Source: the human T2T-CHM13v2.0 reference genome, Homo sapiens
DNA: 64,000 bases
Reading direction: 5' to 3' (one strand)
NCBI RefSeq assembly: GCF_009914755.1
Contig: NC_060939.1
In this document: one piece after another, positions 11,886 to 27,545 of the stretch
Position numbering within the stretch: position 1 is the stretch's first letter
How the letters are laid out: each line of letters opens with the position of its first letter
Program-made: the position numbers and the translations under genes
Notes under the pieces: generated by a model
Told to the model about the DNA's origin: nothing
Databases searched by the model: none
The model's input: only the letters and a program-made list of their open reading frames with translations

Positions 11886-13966
11886 GGGTTATATAACGTG
11901 ACACAGTAAAACCTGTTATCAATTAATGCTTGTGTGCCTCCTTCTTTTCCTCTCCTCTCCCCATCCGGAAATAGGTCATAAGGTCTATGGTCTTGCCTAA
12001 GGGCAGACAGCGAACAAATAAACTGTCTAAGACAGTAGTTAATTTTCTTTCTCTTGTCTCTCCTCCTGATTTATAGATATTTTGGTTACACATTAAAAAT
12101 ACATACTCTATAATTTTTTACTGGTATTAAGTATAGTTCTCAAACTGTAATATAAAGGTTTTGATGTTATAGTTAGAAAACTTCAGCAACTTTCTTTATC
12201 CAGTTGAGAAATATACATTAGAGTTGTATCAACCTTCAAATGAGCTTCTATGTGTTTTTAAGGACAGCAAGCAGGATGTGAACAGGGTTAGTAATAAATA
12301 GACTTGGGTCTGCACCAACTATCTCTGACGTCTCACTATTTGCCTCAGTTTCTTTATCTGCATATTGAAGGCATCTGAATGTTAATCTCTGAAGTACCAT
12401 CTAATTTTAAAATTCAAAAACATGCAAATTGCTCTTCCAGATTCATTGAAGCATAGAACAGAAAAATATTAATTAAATATCTAAACTACATTGGTGAGAT
12501 TTTTTCCCCATTATTATAAAGAAACTTCTGCCAATGAAATTAAATATAAACAGTAGGTTGTGGAAAGCATCATCAAGTGAAGTGAAGAATGCAGGGAAGG
12601 AATAAAATTTTTACTGCTTCCTTGGTATAGACCATTTTTTTCGGCTAAAGCAATGGCAGATTCTTATATTCTGGTGCACAGGAACTATATGAATAAAACA
12701 TGCCTGTGCAAATGAACTCACAACCTTATTCCAAAGCACCATTCGGGAATAATACATTTAATGTCTCATCAACTTCCCCAGAAAAGTGAGAGTAAACCTG
12801 TGCATACAGACAAAACAACCATAACAAAAACCAAGGTAGAAATAATTCTGCTATGGGGAACAGATTTGATCGACATTTGATGGTTTCAAAACTCTAAGTA
12901 ATACGCTAGTCACTTAAAAATATTCCCACATTTCTGCTTTCTCCCATCACTCTATGCCTTAAGATTCATCTGTCAATTTTGACGCATCTTTTTAAGTACC
13001 CCTTCAAGCCTAAAAATCCAGACCACAGAAAAGCCCTCTTTGCTTTGAAACTATCTGATCAATCCATAGATCATTTACCTGCAAGGATTATTTGGTGAAG
13101 CTAAAGCGGCACATCAACCAGCAGCATCTGAGGGCTGAGGCGGCAGAACGTCAACAACAAATTGTCATTGGCATTCCATTTATGAACCTTCAAACGGCAT
13201 CAGATCTTTTCCATGGGAAACCAGATCAGGTCAGACTAGAGCTGAATATTTCTTAACAAGCTAACCATCAAAAGAATTTACGTTTTGAATAAAAAGGCTA
13301 TCATTTGTTGATTTGAATATCAAAGGGATCCACTGCAAACTCCCAGTCTAGAAAAACCTCCCTAAGCTACACTAGACAGGTGTTTAATAATCTATTATTA
13401 AGGCACTATTTTAGGTTACTCAGAATTATAAAAAATAGCTGTAACTGTGAAGCTGCAAATGGGACTGCACAAAGAAACGAATGCTATTAACATACTATTA
13501 ACAATTCAAAAGAATGAGTTGACATACCAATCAAACTTGTTAATTGACTGTCAATGGCCTGTCCCTGAATATACAACATGACTGCATTATAGATTTCAAA
13601 TGCTGACAGGAAGACAGTTCCATTTGCATTAACTTCATAAACTGATCAACAACCAAACTGCCACATACATTTATAATGGGAAGCTGAATCATTTCAATAT
13701 TCATGGAGCTCTGTAATTGTAAATTAGGTACTGGCAAACAATACAATACTGTACATACTCTAAAATATCTGAAATTTCATTGACCTACTTTCATTCTGGT
13801 TTTAAAATACAAAAAAAAGTTTCATCTTGAAGTGATCATTACTTTAATTTGTGGTTTGTACCTTAAGCAAAATGTGTTTGCAACTCAATTTGCAGCTGTG
13901 GTTTACAGTTGCACTTTGGAAGCATCACTGGTCCAGAAAATATGAGGTAAAAAAGGTAGTGCTTGG

Positions 13967-14402
13967 TTTCATGCGCGTCCGTGTGAAGAGACCACCAAAC
14001 AGGCTTCGTGTGAGCAATAAAGCTGTTTATTTCGCCTGGGTGCAGGTGGGCTGAGTCCGAAAAGAGAGTCAGCGAAGGGAGATAGGGGTGGGGCCGTTTT
14101 ATAGGATTTGGGAAGGTAATGGAAAATTACAGTCAAAGGGGGTTGTTCTCTGGTGGGCAGGGGTGGATCTCACAAAGTACATTCTCAAGGGTGGGGAGAA
14201 TTACAAAGAACCTTCTTAAGGGTGGGGGAGACTACAAAGTACATTGATCAGTTAGGGTGGGGCAGGAACAAATCACAATGGTGGAATGTCATCAGTTAAG
14301 GCTGTTTTTACTTCTTTTGTGGATCTTCAGTTACTTTAGGCCATCTGGATGTATACGTGCAAGCCACAGGGGATGCGATGGCCTGGGCTCAGAGGCCTGA
14401 CA
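13967..14402 (-). mobile_element. Solo LTR7Y (HERV-H type Ia LTR)
   Basis: The reverse strand reads TGTCAGGCC...GCGCATGAAA with type II repeats (GTACTTTGT...CCCCACCCTTAAGAAGG) in U3 and a type I 3' half. Perfect TSD CTTGG (13962-13966 / 14403-14407). Confidence 0.93.
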
Positions 14403-15334
14403 CTTGGTAAAAGGTAAAAAAGTGAGCTTGCCTTACTTGGGGTTTTTGAAAACGGAGAACTATGAAACAAGGCAGTATCACACTTCCTCAGGTGACAGCC
14501 GAAGAACCATTATGACGACATATTTAGCAAATAATCATTAACATAATGAAAAGAAGGTTATAAAGTAATCCTGCACTGGAGCCTTCTTAAATCCCCTCAA
14601 ATAGACCTGCTGTTCTGAAATTAGACTTTAAAATCTTCAACCATCCATTGGTTTGAGAATCAATAGAGTAAAAGAGAAGATAAATGAGGGCTGAAGACTA
14701 TTTCTAACCAAAGTCTCATGATAAATGGTCTAAAATTCAATAGTTATCAGCATGGAGATATTCCTTTCAAATAGTTCTATGACTTCTTCAAGAATGAACA
14801 CAGAGGGTTTTTTTTTCTTCAAAAAGCTGTTTCCCCCCTGAGATAAATGTTACTTTAGTTTCAGATGTTTTTCTTTGATCATTAGCTAGGTATCACCCCT
14901 CCAGCCACTAGAAGTTGCTCAAACTTTGTGGATTAATTCTGGAATATTCTAACGTGTTGCCACAATTTTGGATGCACCAGTTTACTCATAGAGCCTTTAG
15001 TAAAGGTCGTCTTGAAATTTTTTTTGACTTTGCAAATGACTGCACATTGTTAAATAACAAAATGAGTTTATTAGTTGGAGGGGAGCAGTTACTCCTAAAT
15101 AATGAATATGATCCTTAGAAGATTATACATTCTATCTACTAGGATTAGTTTTATTTTCATCTTTGTCCAACTAAGCAGTGATATATACTCCATAATGGTG
15201 AATAACACACACATCATATGTGCACACATATACATGATTTATGCATATATAAAATTGACTTATAAATAAATATACAGTATATAATATACATATTTGTTTG
15301 AATATATATACACACCTATATAACATATATAAAT

Positions 15335-15765
15335 CTTTAATAAACTTATAGATTTACAGAAAATTTGCAAGGATAGTACAAAGTTCCTGTATAACCTGAA
15401 TCCAGTTTCTCTAATTGTTAACATCTTATATTACCATGGTATACTTGTCATAACTAATAAGCCAATATTTACAAATTTTATTATTATCTAAAGCACATAT
15501 TTAATTCAGATTTCCTTCATTTTTACTTAATGCTCTTTTTCTGTTGCATGATCCTGGCCAGTTACCGTATTATTTATAGTCATATCTCCTTAGGCTCCTT
15601 TGACGGTGACTGTTTCTGAGTTTCCTGGTTTTGATGACCTTGACAGTTTTGTAGTACTAGTCAGATACTTTTCTAGATTGTTCTTTGATTTGGGTTTTCT
15701 AATGTTTTTCTCATGGTTAAACCACAGTTATGGATTTTTGGAAGGAAGACCACAAAGTGCCATCC
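15335..15765 (-). mobile_element. Old L1 (L1MB/L1MC) 3' UTR fragment
   Basis: AGATTTACAGAAAATTTGCAAGGATAGTACA...GTTAACATCTTA and GATGACCTTGACAGTTTTG motifs. Confidence 0.7.
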
Positions 15766-17070
15766 ACATAAGTGATATATTTTTATCTTTGAATGTTCTC
15801 AATGTATTCAATGTACTAAAATATAATTTTTTTTCTTTTTAGAAATAAAGGGCAAGTTATGTAAATCATCAGCAACAATCTGCAAAAGAGACTGTGTGTA
15901 TATAATGAAAAGTACTTCATTGCTAATTAGTAGTGTAGTAGATGTCAAGATCTGTGTTCACTCTGGGATTTAGCCATGTCTGGGCATGTCTGCAGGACTG
16001 TAGGGTGGGTCCACGAGGGATCCATTTACAAGAGATGAGGTCAAGAGCCAGGAGGTGGAAATGGAAGAACATACATCCTGACCTAAAGGGAAAGAGAGAT
16101 GTTTACTAGTTTAGTTCGGGGTCAATGAGCAAGCATATCTGGTATGTGTGTAAGTGTGTGTGTAGGAGGAATACTGGGGTTTGTAATGGTTTTGACTTTA
16201 TCATTTCTGAATTTTAGTGCAAGAAATATGCAAAGAGAACATAAAGAAGACTAAAAAGAGTCTGTTGGTAAACATTAGATGCATTGATGACAGCTATTTG
16301 AGGACTGATAAGAATGGGGGTGATTTGATAGTGACAGGGGAGTGCTGGTGACTGGGGAAAAGAATGGCATCATTAGCATAAAATATAGTGCCATCAATAC
16401 TGGGCATTATAAGTGTCAGTAGTGACATGGGCAGGCATCACCATGAAAAGATGACATTAGCATAGCATACCAGGAAAGGAGGAGAAAAATAATAAATAGG
16501 TAAGGGTACTAGTTTTTTGTGTTTATGTAAGTCACTTCTTAGGAACATGTAACATCTCTGGGAAAAATTTATGGGGCTGGAGTGTTCTCAGGGAGGGTAA
16601 AAAGTCTAGTTAGAGAAATACCACATCTGGCAGTTGCTTACCTATAGGCTTGAACACAGGTTAGAGACAAAAGGAAGTCACTTACATTCTCTGAGTTTCC
16701 ATACTCATGAATGAGAGATCCGCACTTCTTCAAAAGGTTGTTGATAGGAGTGACAGCAATGCTAACCAAAAAGTATAAAAATAAAAAATAATAATATGTT
16801 GTTGAGGGATTTGGTAGAGGTGGTAGTGACTTGGAAAGTATAACAACCTCTTAAGTAGACTTGAAGGGTTACATGTAACTCAGATTCGAGAAATGGGGAT
16901 TTTTTGTGGAGGTACAAAGTGCACTGTAGGAGATAAAATCTTAGAAATGCCTCATGAGTACTGGAACTACAGTCTTATTCTGGATTGAAGGCAATTAAAA
17001 GAAACTCAGCAGCAGTTGTTCAAGAATTCCATGCTAGCACTCAAAACAGTATTATTTTCTTGGTCTCAGC

Positions 17071-17072
<2 letters not shown>

Positions 17073-17106
<34 letters not shown>
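17073..17106. repeat. (TG)17 microsatellite
   Basis: Seen directly. Confidence 0.98.
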
Positions 17107-17107
<1 letters not shown>

Positions 17108-17754
17108 ATTTTCTTACTTCTTTTATCATTACAATGCATAGTAAGTAATTAGCAGGAAAACTTTACCTTGATTGAGTGGTGGTACTCTTAAACAATTTGA
17201 ATAGTATTATCCTTAGAACATAAATGTAAGCAATAAAGGGAACGTTATCAAGCGGCTACTTAATCCACCATTCCATAGAACTTCTCAACCTGTTTGAGTC
17301 TGGTTTCTCACAGACTTTAGCTTTCCTGTAGAACATCATGGTCCTTCTTATTTTATGATATCTTCTATCCATTCTTTTTACCATAGCAGCCCAATACTGG
17401 ACCAACCCTTATATTTTTGGGCAAGGTGTTATTCTTGTTTTTAATTTGTGCCAAGACACTTGATAAAGCCATTGAATTATTAATGAAAAGATTGTCTTTT
17501 TGCCTTACTCGGGCAAAAGACCACTAATGGTGTGAGAGGTAGGATTGGGGTCATATTACAGCACAAGGAATAGCCTAGAACTGTTTTCACTAAAAGGAGA
17601 AGGATGGGACAGTTTCTCTTGGAAGAGAAAAAATGAACATGCAAGCCTCTAGGATAGTCAAAAGTAATGTAAGACATTAAAGGAGGACACTTTCACTGTG
17701 ACATTAGTTGGCTTACAAATTCTAAACCAATGCTTTAAAATTTGCTCCTCAGAA

Positions 17755-17905
17755 AATCATACAATTTTAGAGTTGGAAAGGATATTAGAAATAATCTCAT
17801 CTAAATATTTCATAAGTGAGGGAACTAAAGTCTGGGTTAAATACTAGCTACAGGTTAGAAAGCTCTTTAGTAACAGAGCTAGGCTTAGAGCTTAATGTCC
17901 TTTCT
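17755..17905. mobile_element. MIR fragment
   Basis: AGAGTTGGAAAGG...TTAGAAATAATCT...TGAGGGAACTAAAG core. Confidence 0.6.
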
Positions 17906-18176
17906 TCTATAAGCTGTCTCAGCAAGCTTAGGGATGAGTTAAGGTAGCAATAAACCTTTATCAAAATAGAAACTCTATTTTCTTTGAAACATGCTCACTT
18001 TTTTTGGGCCAATACTTGAACATTTATCCTTTATAAAGTTTCCTAAGGACTCCATTGTTTTCACTAGTTGGAAACATGCTTTCTTTCATTTCCTCAATCC
18101 TTTCTCCCTCCCTTATATATTTACTTTACTGCCCCTAGAACTCCATATGCATCTTCTCCTTAAGATTCCTACTATG

Positions 18177-18474
<298 letters not shown>

Positions 18475-19417
18475 CTACTATGTGATCATCCCTTCCTTGC
18501 TTTCCCTTCTCGAATTCTGTAAGGGGTGTTCTAATCATATATCTGGAAAGGCAAGCATAAGCCAATACTCCTTACCACACTTTTCTTGAAACCTTGTGGG
18601 GTAACTTAAAGAAGAGAAGAAATGGCTTAATTATGAATTATTCAAAGTGGAGATTTTGCTACAAGTATGACTATGCATGTACACTATACTTCCTCCTGGG
18701 AGCAGCTGCTTTCACGCAAACCTAATCATATAAAAAAGTATGCATTCCTGTAATTACTAACAGTATTTATTGCAAGTAATATAAAATAGATAATAAGATT
18801 TCAATTATAAAGCACAGCTTCACAGCATTAGCTCTAGAACATGTTCTACATTTCCTTTTTATATTTGAAATAGTGACGACACTGAAAATTTCAAACAAGT
18901 TAACTGAGATATAGAAATATGTGATGTCACAATGTTTACTACACAGAATGCAGTCAAGGACCTGGAAGTAAGCTCCTCCCCACCTTCCTCTCCAAAATAA
19001 AGCTACTGAGCAGCCAATATAAGTCCTAAAAGAACTGCATGCTTGAGCTCATACAATCTCAGTTTCTCAGTTGCTTTCCTGAAAACTTATTTTACTTTAG
19101 TTATGGTCACACAAAGCTTCTTGTCTGGATTTTCTGCCCGTAATATGTTGAACACGACAAATTGGAAAGAAGCAGAGAGGGTGTCACTAGACTCAGCTCA
19201 TAAATGATACCAAGAAGTGAAAGCAAGTCAAATGGTAGCCAGGGAGGAGACATAAGACCTACATAAAGCAAGTGCAAATGCTCAGAAATCCAAGCTGGAA
19301 AAAATAGTCCAATTAACCCCAATAATCTTTGGGATAATTACTATTTTAGAGTAAATAATCAATGTTCATGCCACCATGCATCTTTAAGAACAAATAAAAT
19401 CTTCAGGAGATTCTTTT

Positions 19418-19713
19418 ATTTTATTTTATTTTTTGAGACAGAGTCTTGCTCTGTCGCCCAGGCTGGAATGCAGTGGCACAATCTCAGCTCATTGCAACCT
19501 CCGCCTCCTGGGTTCAAGCAATTCTCTGCCTCAGGCTCCCGAGTAGCTGGGATTACAGGCACCTGCCATCACGCCCAGCTAATTTTTGTATTTTTAGTAG
19601 AGACAGGGTTTCACCATGTTGGCCAGGCTGGTCTTGAACTCCTGACCTCGTGATCCACCCACCTCGGCCTCCCAAAGTGTTCGGATTACAGGCGTGAGCC
19701 ACCGCGCCCAGCC
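19418..19713 (-). mobile_element. AluSg-like
   Basis: Full Alu; TSD AGGAGATTCTTTT (19405-19417 / 19714-19726). Confidence 0.93.
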
Positions 19714-20860
19714 AGGAGATTCTTTTTAAAATTCAGGATAAAGTGAAATATACTTTAGAAGAATTTTATTTAAAATATTTAAATAATGTTAAATTAAATA
19801 ATTTATTATTTAATAATAAATTAAGTAATATGAAGTTTAATATTATTAGATAATATTAAACTTAAGTAATCTGAAGACTTCATTTATAAAAAAATGTTTT
19901 TCCTGTAAATTTAGGATAAATGAAGTGATTCTATGCAGTGATTCCACCTCATTTCAGCACTATTAAAATTCAGATACAAATTTTCATTTATTTTACCTAC
20001 TTCTTTTTTTTACCTCCTTCCCTATCTCAAGGGCAAAGTTCCTTTACAATTGTGTTATCTTCTGGTCTTATGTTTTAGCCTCTGACCTCAGGCAATCCAT
20101 TTCAGAAAGCCTCTCAATTCCTTCAAAGTATCCTTTTCTTTGTTTCCAGATGTACTGGGCCTAAGGACATCAATATGATCTGTCTAGGATTCTGGAAAAA
20201 TTGTCACTTAGTGATATTCATTAATTTTTCTTGAAGAACTCTAAGTCTTTCCATTTATTTTATGTATTCTTCATCACATTTTAACACCTACCCATTCTTA
20301 TAGTTATTCATGTCTTGACTATTGATTTACATAAGGAAATTCCCGGAAGTCAAAACCCACAATCTATTATATCAGTTCCTGTTGGAATTTATTTCTGCAT
20401 ACCTCAGTCCTTCTTGCCCCATTTCTTTCCCAGATGATTAACTTCGTTCTTTAATGAGATGCCCCAAACACATTCCTTATGCAGTTTCACCAGCTTTTTA
20501 TAGACAGTTTATCCTTCCTGATGCAGTACAGCAATACAGCGTGCCTCTGAGCACGGTGCCATAATCACACCATTCTCTTTGCTGTCATGCAGAACTGGAA
20601 ACGTTCAGCTGATCTGAAGTCCAGTATTACCCAGCTTTGTTAGCATTAAGGGTTTTTGTTTTTGTTATTGTTACTTCCTTCTTCCTTCTCTTGAAGATCT
20701 TTTTTCTGTGTTTTTTAGTTCAGGTTGAATTTAACTCTTGACTTCTCAAAATTATTTGGCATAAACTTTACATATATGGTAGAAGTGCTTAGGTTAACCA
20801 ATGTTGATGTCTCATGATGGAGTAGGAATGTAAATCTATAAAGTTAGTTTAAAAAAAAAA

Positions 20861-21156
20861 GGCTGCACATGTGGCTCGTGCCTGTAATCCCAACACTTTG
20901 GGAGGCAGAGGCGGGAAGATCGCTTGAGCTCAGGAGTTTGAGACCAGCCTGGGCAATATAGTGGGACCTCATCTCTACCAAAAATTAAAAAGTTATTTGG
21001 GTGTGGTGGCGTATGCTTGTAGTCTCAGCTACTTGAGAGGCGAAGGTGGAAGGATGGCTTGAGCCCAGGAGGTCGAGGCTTCAGTAAGCCCTGATCTCAC
21101 CACTGCACTCCAGCCTGGGCAACAGAGCAAGACCCTCTCTTAAAAAAAAAAAAAAA
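20861..21156 (+). mobile_element. AluJ
   Basis: J-type GATCGCTTGAGCTCAGGAGTTTGAGACCAGCCTGGGCAATATAG; A tail. Confidence 0.9.
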
Positions 21157-21735
21157 TGAAACTCTTCCTATGAATTACAAAAAAGAATGGAAATTTTAAG
21201 TTAGAGTGGTCCAAAACATAGATTAAAATAGTTTCACCTGAAGCTACAGTAGTAAAGAGAAGTAACTACTACATATATAGCATCTATATTTCAAAGGTGA
21301 CAGGGGTGGAGACATACAAAAAAGGGTCCTCATGACAACTACTGTGTATGGTCCTTGTACTTTTCTCTGTGTTTACTACTTTGGGAGTTCTGTGCAATAC
21401 AACCAATGAATGTGTTAGAAAGACTACTCATAATTCAAGATTCTATGAGTCTATTACTTTATATATAGTTATACTTTTTTTCCTATTTCATTAAGGATTT
21501 AAATTAAATTTATTACATGGTGGCCTCTAGAGCCCTTCCAGATTTCCCATTTAAAAAGTGGTATCACAATTTTTCAGGAAATCTCCAATGAGCTTAAAAA
21601 ATAAGATAAACACACTTCATAAAAATTTCTAATTAATTCTAATAATGACTCAGAATACATTTAATTCATATTTACTAATTTGCCATAAGTCTTTAAAAAA
21701 TGTTTTCTAAGTGATTTTTTTTAAAAAGATATCTT

Positions 21736-22085
<350 letters not shown>

Positions 22086-22696
22086 TTATGAACATCTCTT
22101 TATTTCTTGCCAGACTCTGGGAGAGATCTTTACCAAAGTACCTTCTAGGAGTCAGCTGCTACATTACTCTCATGCTTACATGTCTTAAAGTAGAAAACTA
22201 AAGTGAGAGAATCATGCAGAATTTTGCCCTTACAAATAATTAGAAAATTAAACTCAAATAATGAATATGCCTATAAAATATTTAAGTCTGAAGGAATTAT
22301 AATTTGATGTGGATAATTACATGCTGAAAGTAAGATCTCTATTTGACACCATGAAGAAAAAAATACGTGAAAAGTTTCTAATGAAGAGAAACCTCTCAAT
22401 GGATTTTAACTTATTACTTCTGATAACTAAGGAAGATATTTTAATCATTAGTTTATCATAGAGCTACTACTACTAATAGTCTATTTACATATCACCTTTC
22501 TTCCAGAGGTCTCAGACATTTTATAAACATCTCATTAATCTTCACAACCCTCCAGTGAGACTTTATATGGAGAAATAAACAGGTATTAAATTAACTCTAG
22601 AAGATTCTTCCATATTTCCTCTGAACTCATAAGAAGGATAATGCCAAAAAATACTTTACATGGAATATAACAAGAAAACATTTTAACATAATTAAT

Positions 22697-23310
<614 letters not shown>

Positions 23311-24017
23311 ATAGTTTATAATTTTTAAAGGGCCTTTTTTCTAGTCCATGCTGACTTTTCACACAGAAAATTCACTCATATGGATTTAAGCCTTGTTTTT
23401 TTTTTAATTCAAAGATTAAAAAAAAAGGACACAAGTATTTTAAAAAGTACTTCTTAGTTGCCTCCACTCTAGAGCAAGGAGGAAGGAGCACAATCTATCT
23501 TGGATGCTTTATTAAAACAAATAATAAAGTTTTATTTGTTTTCTTTAGTACTATCTGCTTATTAGGAATTAGATTCCATCTGACATTTATTTCACCTAAA
23601 TTTTTCTTTTTTCTACTTGAGGTAATAACAAGAGGCAATGCTACTCTTCCTCTTCATTATTTTCAAAGCTTTTCTCAGAACAGCATTTATAGTCTCTACG
23701 CTGATTTACCCAACACTTTAATATCTCTTCTATATTATCCCATAGCCCTGCATAAAGCGTAATGGACTTTCTCTGATTCTTAGACCTCTCTTCTGAAAAT
23801 ACTGGTCTACAAGCACTCTTTGAAAAACAAAAAGGCTTACTATTTTTAATTTTAATTGAAGTTAGTAAGGAAATTCCTTAAGTAGCTCTTGTATCTCCCA
23901 ATCATGTTGGTGAATTTGAGATTCAGTGGGTGGGAGCCCAGCAGCAGTCAGGTGGAATGGCCTTTAAATAAAGTACCAGTTTGGCACAACAAAGCATACC
24001 ACGCATGTTCATTTGTA

Positions 24018-24200
24018 CATTCATTCATTCATTCATTCAACAAACATTTACTGAGCTAGGTACTGAGAATACAGAGATAAATATGACATAGAACTATAAT
24101 TGAATTCCCAATGTCAATATTGTGTGCAAGATGTTCTGAGAGAAGAAAGGTAGAGTGCCTAACTCTTTTGGGGGTCAAGGAAGACTTTACTGATGAGACA
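24018..24200 (-). mobile_element. L2 3' end
   Basis: (CATT)n CAACAAACATTTACTGAGC... Confidence 0.65.
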
Positions 24201-25854
24201 TTTGGCCTCCATAGGCAGATTATGAGCATAACATGAAAAGCAGGGTTTGGAGAGTCTTGTCGAACATTCAGAAGGAACTGACTGAAAGTACATTACACTC
24301 CGATGTTCATAATTATTACTGAGAGAAACAGTTATGTCATTCTAGATTGGGCCATGCTGTCTATAGTCCATACAGTGAAAAATAATCCATCTAGAAAAAT
24401 AACCACACAAGCTAGCGGTCAGAAAACACAAAATAACAGTACTGTGGTTTTACTATAAACATAGTAAAATAACTTCAAATCAAATCTAGAATATAATAAG
24501 AATTAAAAAAGATATTCAATCTTAAAATGCTTTGAAAGGAAAAAAAAGGACAGTATAAGTGTAAGAAACCATTATTATGAAAAAGAAGTAAACTTTCAGC
24601 CCGGCCACAAAAAGCCAAAATACTTCCTTTTGATAACCCCTAAATTACATTTTTCAGAATGTCTTTTTCTCTTGAAGGCATCCACAATATTCCACATGAT
24701 GTCTAAGTGTAGCCAGACTGAACTGACATTCTTTAGGCATTTCTTCAAAGAAAGGAATAAGATTTGACAGATTCCTTTGCACAGGGGGAAAAGGCATAGA
24801 AGGACAAGGTCTGGTGTGAATCTTAACACTGCTCTCTCCATCTGCAAGAGTCCTCCTCTGCTACACTGTAATAATAGCTTCTGAAGGTGTTAGCACCCAG
24901 CAAGACATTTCTCTGCCTTTAAAAAAAATTCCGTAGCTTTTATTTTGGGATTTGAAACTAATCTATTGTGTTTAAAAACACAGTCACTAATCCCCATAAT
25001 ATTTTACAGTTTAGTTTAGAAATACAAATTTTCACCACTTGACAGGTAAAATATGAAACCAATGCAAAAAACATGTTTTAAAAAGTAAATTGACAAGTTA
25101 AAAAAAGTCTTTCTTTTATATCGCTGTCATATGATAGTCATGGCGTAGCAGTATTGTGAAGTAACATTATAGTGTCACTGATTCAATGTAACAAAACACC
25201 TAAATTGCTTTGTTGATATTGAAGTTTGTAGAGGGCTACTTCTACAAACAATTTAGTTTAGTTTTAACTGGTTGAATCTGAATACAAGTTCTCCAGGACA
25301 CATGTTCTTACATGTGTCCTTTACAAAATGTTCTTTTACAAAAATATGTTTTTGTAAAAGTATGTGTAATCTAAAAACATATAGGCCAAAAGTAATTTCT
25401 ACCTAAGAAGTAATCAGAAGGGACTTAATTATATCATTCCCAGGGCACAGGCTGCTATTCAGTAATGCTTCGTATTGTAACAGCAAACTTACAGGAGTAG
25501 CCAGTGGAGATGCTTATCATGTACTGTGAACCATGACATTCCAAATATGATGCTTATCAGTCTATCAAAGTTTGAAGTAGACAGCGTATGAAAGAGGCAA
25601 TCATATATGGTATATATAAACAGGAGGGCTATTATAGCAGGAGGGGAAAGGAAAGCATGATCAGGTTAAGTATTCAATTAGCTTAATTGGCTTTTATTGG
25701 CTTTGTAGGTAGGCTAATAAAAAGTCAGCTAAGATATATAATATATGGCTACAGATTGTTAATCTCTGGCAAATCAGGGACTAAACTTTCAATTTATTTT
25801 AGTTCTGAACTAGTTAGAGTTTGCACTGTCAAGCAACTAACATAAATTTAATAT

Positions 25855-25931
25855 TGTAGCAGTCAGAATCTGTTCTGATTGGCCAGTGCTAGTTCGATAA
25901 TGCCTGTTAAGTATTTTGAATATTACTCCTG
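25855..25931 (-). mobile_element. hAT-Tip100 (ORSL-like) terminal fragment
   Basis: TTCTGATTGGCCAGTG...TGTTAAGTATTTTGAATATTACTCCTG resembles the remembered terminus CAGGGGTGATATTCAAAATATTTAACA. Confidence 0.4.
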
Positions 25932-27187
25932 GTTGGTATCAAATGTCTAAAGGAGGTAGAACAGGCTATATACTTCCATTATGATTTTATTTTAACAGTA
26001 CCACATAGACATAACTTAAGAATCAAAAGGTAATTATTTAATCAACCAATAATCAGTAATAATTGTTTTCTATTGTCTTTGTAGCTCTGTGTTTCTACAA
26101 TACAATAGGTACTATGCTAGGAGCTTTACTTGAAAGAAAAGAAAGACATGGTTCATGCATTCAAGGAGTTTACATACATATATACTATAATACATAACAT
26201 TAATACAGAAATAAAATGATTAGTGGACAACTAAGTGCAAAACTGAGTAAAATAATAATAAAATTCATAGAAATTTGGAGGCATTTATAATCACTGTGGG
26301 CAGCAATAGTAGAGTTCAATGAGGAGGCCAGTCATAAACTGGTCTTGAAAGGATACAAGGATCTGGATATATGAAGGATAGGATAAATAAAATATATAAT
26401 CCAAGAAGTGGAAATGTGCATGGACAGTATAAAGTGCAGTAAAAAAAACAAAACTGAGAGCAATGAAAAATAAGGCTGCCAAGGGCTTGCTTCCAAAGAG
26501 CCTTGTAAACTGTTGTGAGTGGGCAGGGAGGAGCTGCTGATCAGATTGGGTGAGATGCCTTGATCTGTACTGGACCATTTTTACTTATGTGTGCCAAAAG
26601 GTCACACACAAGGATGAATGCTCTTTGCTTCTTCTCTTCTACCACTGAAACTAGATCTGCAGCAGGACTGAGGCCTTCTTGGTTCAGCTAGCTCTCCTCT
26701 GCTGCTGATGCTATTTTTTCACCTATCAGGCAAAGGGATACACTTTTTTCAAGGCAGGCCCTTATTCCTACTTCCTTACTGCCTGTCTCTTGGTCTCTCT
26801 ATCTTCCCCAATCCTAAGAGCTCTTAGCTTCCGGGGAATTCTAATTATCTCATGCTTGATGATTTGTTTGTGGCAATATCTGGCTTTTGGAGATGGAGAA
26901 GCTATGTTTAGGCCTAAACTTCTAATTGTTCATCAGTTTTCGAGAATAGCCTGATGGTTTCAGACACCTTGTTAATGTTACATACAACTCATCTTTATTC
27001 ATTTGCCATCCCTTTTTGTGTATTTATCTCCCTTTGGAGCCTCATGAGATTTATAGTAGAGGAAGGTATGAGGACTCTTGGGTTTCTTAGTCCAGTGCTC
27101 AAATAGGATCCTAGTGCTACCAATATAACCTAATGGAAGCAAAGCAAAACTGTTTGAATTTGGTGTGTAGTATACAAAAGAAAACTA

Positions 27188-27545
<358 letters not shown>

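Noticed and set aside
13060-13260. Exon-like GC-richer segment with a minus-strand CAG|GTAAAT donor as a coding exon
   Set aside because: Stops in all three minus-strand frames and no clear acceptor; may still be regulatory or non-coding.
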